Positions 60,733 to 64,000 of a stretch of 64,000 nucleotides of DNA are shown in pieces. The notes under the pieces were generated by a model. It worked only from the letters and a program-made list of their open reading frames with translations. It made no database searches and was not told the DNA's origin. The stretch's first letter is position 1. Every line of letters starts with the position of its first letter. The position numbers and the translations under genes are program-made. Source of the DNA: Ophelia neglecta (lineage: Eukaryota); NCBI GenBank assembly GCA_965285935.1, contig OZ260663.1, positions 27,528,001 through 27,592,000 of the forward strand. The letters run 5' to 3'.

Positions 60733-63700
60733 GTAAGAGTCACCGTCGGTGATTGAGGGCAGGAGAAATATCAAATGCTCAGTGTTTATGAACATCATAG
60801 CTTCAGCAGAACGGGGAAGGACGTGTGCCGTCACAGACAGGTGAGTGGGGGACATAGGGACGCCGCCACAGTGGGCTTTAAATCTTATCAACGAGATATG
60901 CATGTACACTAGGCATTGAGTATAGGTACCGTACTGTATTATTGGAGTAAGATTAAAATAGGCCCGACAATGATGGGTGTCGGACTATCAGGGGTTTCAC
61001 TCGTTGCCTGCCGGTTTAGCTTTTCGGTGTTTATCGGAAGAGATTAGTTTAATATAAACCCTATATTTGCAAAATATGGGTTTTAGTCCCTTACATCAGT
61101 GGTCGAATCCTTGATCTAGTTCAGTAGAGAGGGAAGCCCATTAATCTGAAGGCAAGGCCAGCCCCTGTTAATTGCTGGTGGCCTGTAATTTGGCAATGGT
61201 CATGCATCGATCCGACCACAAAGGTGGCTGACTGTAGCAGGGCTTTTCTTGGCATATAACTAGAGGAGAACAAGGCATAAATACAGGGGCTTACTAGCTC
61301 GATCGATACAAGCTAAGCCGGGCTGGGGGCTCTCCAATCCCCAAACCGGCTCGCTTGATCGACCCCGCGTTCAGCACTGGCACACCTGGATATCAGCCTG
61401 CTCTCTACCGACACAGGATGGCTACAGCTTTCATTCAGTAGCAGACGACATGATTTGGGTGAATGCTGCCTCGGTTGTTAATTGTATTTAAGTGGCAATG
61501 CCTTCTGACCTATTATTAATACATATGAAGGTCTGTTTATTCCTGACATTGAGCGTACATTGTGGGGGTTCTCTGTTCCCACATTCCAAGCAGCTGTTGT
61601 CAGTCCTAGCGCGTCACCTGGTGTCGTTTATTAAATGGCCGAGCCTGTAGATTGTACGACTGTGTTAAAGCACCATCGTAACACACAGTGATCGTGTGGC
61701 CGATACAGGAGCATTCTTATCGACTTTACGGCAAGAACTGTCGCTCTGTTTGAAGAAAGTATTAATATTTCATGACTTTGATTGCTCGATTCGTGACAAT
61801 ATCTTAGCTTGTATTGTTAGGGTCCATTGATGTTAAATGCCTACGCGGTGTCATTGGTCACACAGTGGTCACTGGCCAATCGATACCGCCGCCATCTGCC
61901 ACCTGATCTCCCTACCAGACACCTTCACTCATACCTGTTGGTGTTTTCTAAATTCCTCTTGATATTCCAGACATATGGCTTAATTCCCTTTGCCTACAGT
62001 ATAGCCTTAAAAATAAACTAATTAACTGCCTTTTTACTGCTCATTCAAATAAGGCCGTTAACAAAATATGCAGACACAAACTATAGGACTGTTTAGATAA
62101 TCAAGTTTTAGGCACACCTTTCTTGATAGACTCACATAGCCTCTCTTGTCTCATAAGATTTTTCAGTAAATTCCTCTCTAAACTATGTTGCTTATTAATT
62201 ATTTTTCGTGTCGACGTAAGCGGCATGTGGCCAGTGGCCGTGTATGGCCAAGTGGGGCCTAATGACAAAATACCTCGGACGGCGGTATGCGCCAAGACAC
62301 CTCTCAGCCGACCAAAGCAACATAATCCGACCTACAAAAATGTGCCTTCTAAATTGTACGTATGCCGTTAGGATCAAAACTTGAATATTTGACTTTTTTG
62401 TCTGTCCACATTTTCATTGGGTGTACCCAATAAACAAAAGGGGAGAGAGGTATTGGCTATAACAAAGCAATATACCATATCATTGATTACCCCCGCCGAG
62501 GTGTTTATTGCGATGAAGCTAGCGGTAGAAAAGCCAGGTGATTGAGGGTGGGCTTGTCAGCGTGTCACCTCTCGCCCTGGTCTCGAGGGAATCTGCCCAC
62601 CTCAGCTAAACACCTGGCAGCATCGATAATTAAATCAAGCGCGTAAAGTGATGACCAATTTTATTTTAATACTCATTCGACACGGTGCTAAATTGGGGGA
62701 ATACATGGAATAAACCAGTGCTTCTTGTGATAGGCGAGGGGGTTATTGTATATATATATATACATGTATGGATGAAGGCTGGCCGAGCGTTCTTTGAGAG
62801 TGCCAGCATGTACAGCACACAGACACTGGCTGTGACCTGTGTGCTATCACAATAGGATGAGGCAGCTAGCTCTACAGGTGCGCCATGTCACGCGGGTACA
62901 CGTGTGCTGATATAAAACTGGGACACAGCCGTCATCGATATTTAAATCGGGGTGGTGGTATTTGGACAGCCAGCGCGGAGCCATGAGCAGACGATAGCTG
63001 CAGCCGAGACTTGGCACAGTATATCTATTGGTATTAAGGCACCCCTTCTAATAATCAATGAAAAGAGGAATTAACGGCAGGGGAAGCGGACAGACAGGGG
63101 CCAGATAGTTTGTGGCAGGCGTCCGTGCATTGTGCGATCTCTGAATGCATGAGATATGTACGTAGACCCATTGCCGACCACGTACATACACCCAGGACCC
63201 GGACCATCTGCTGCCGAACAAACAACGGTAAAGAGGGCCAAACTAAGCATATGCTTCCACACAGCTATTGATCGCGGCCCCAGAACAATGGACCCGCTAC
63301 ATTCGGTGGCTGCCAACTCGACCAGCTCCATCGTAAAGCCTTCCCCGCAGTGTGTGCCTCGCTCACTCCAGATCGTGGTCCTTTGTTCAGGCGACTGGCA
63401 TCGAGACCGTTCGTCCCTGTAGACCCAGTTCACCTGTAGCCACACACAATACATTGATGGCTGCTGTCACACAGAGCTCGGGTCCTCAATAACCTTGTTC
63501 TGTAGAGGAGTCAGACCGCCAGCTGACACTGGCGGCCGCTGCGGGCCCTCTTTTCCCTTGAAGAGAACTCTGCCTCCTTCGCTTGTCCTCCACCCAGTCT
63601 CATTGTAATCTGATGATCGCAGTCACCCCCTGAACTCCTAAACAATGACTCACCCATCGGCCATGCTTCTGTTATTTTTATCAGAGTCGGGCCAATAGAT

Positions 63701-64000
63701 TAACTATTCTGCTGCCAAACCCGTCTTGGTCTGCCACAAACCATACCTAACCCAAACCGCCCGCGCCATAACCCGGCTCTGCGTTAAACGCGATTACTTT
63801 TGACTTCAACCCTCTTTAAATTCAGCCGTGGTCCTTATTCAACGACCGGGCGCCTTTTTTTAACAACCCGACGGTCCCTAGACGGGCGTAACCATGTGAC
63901 GAGAATGGTGGCCACTTTGTAGTCACAGCCAATATTTGTATAAGCGAGCTCTCGACCACGACAGCCACACCCCGGCGTCCAAGGTTTAAGGTATAATCTT

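Noticed and set aside
63156-63422. 88-aa + strand ORF as the next NOL4 exon
   Set aside because: In-frame stop just upstream, no suitable phase-1 acceptor and no NOL4 similarity.
1-64000. Intronic tRNA, rRNA, conserved miRNA genes or an intact transposase / reverse transcriptase
   Set aside because: No full mature sequence of a conserved bilaterian miRNA, no tRNA or rRNA pattern and no long TE ORF seen by eye. An Infernal/Rfam and RepeatMasker scan would be needed to exclude divergent cases.

Overview
Animal (invertebrate-like, probably marine bilaterian) genomic DNA, not prokaryotic. The window is dominated by the 5' part of one large + strand gene, the NOL4/NOL4L orthologue (nucleolar protein 4 family). 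Four coding exons are recognisable by homology and/or GT-AG boundaries: 5402-5761, 23930-24064, 41373-41621 and 59862-59976. Together they give 286 codons + 1 nt, separated by three introns of about 17-18 kb. A possible further exon lies at 60619-60732, and the gene continues beyond the window. The introns hold MITE-like transposon remnants, two clean minisatellites (33 bp and 30 bp), many poly-G/C runs, a 253-N assembly gap, and many CpG-rich islands packed with TAAT and TGACA motifs that look like enhancers. Main leads: (1) a candidate internal promoter and non-coding first exon that would make a short NOL4 isoform lacking the integrase-like HHCC zinc finger; (2) strong over-representation of TAGGCCTA, with TAGGCTA/TAGCCTA and TACATGTA/TACWGTA, patterned like transposon excision footprints; (3) a 30-bp array whose antisense strand carries 12 let-7 8mer sites plus miR-125 seed matches. 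Almost all ORFs in the supplied track are intronic noise. No previously undescribed system is proven here; these are testable hypotheses.
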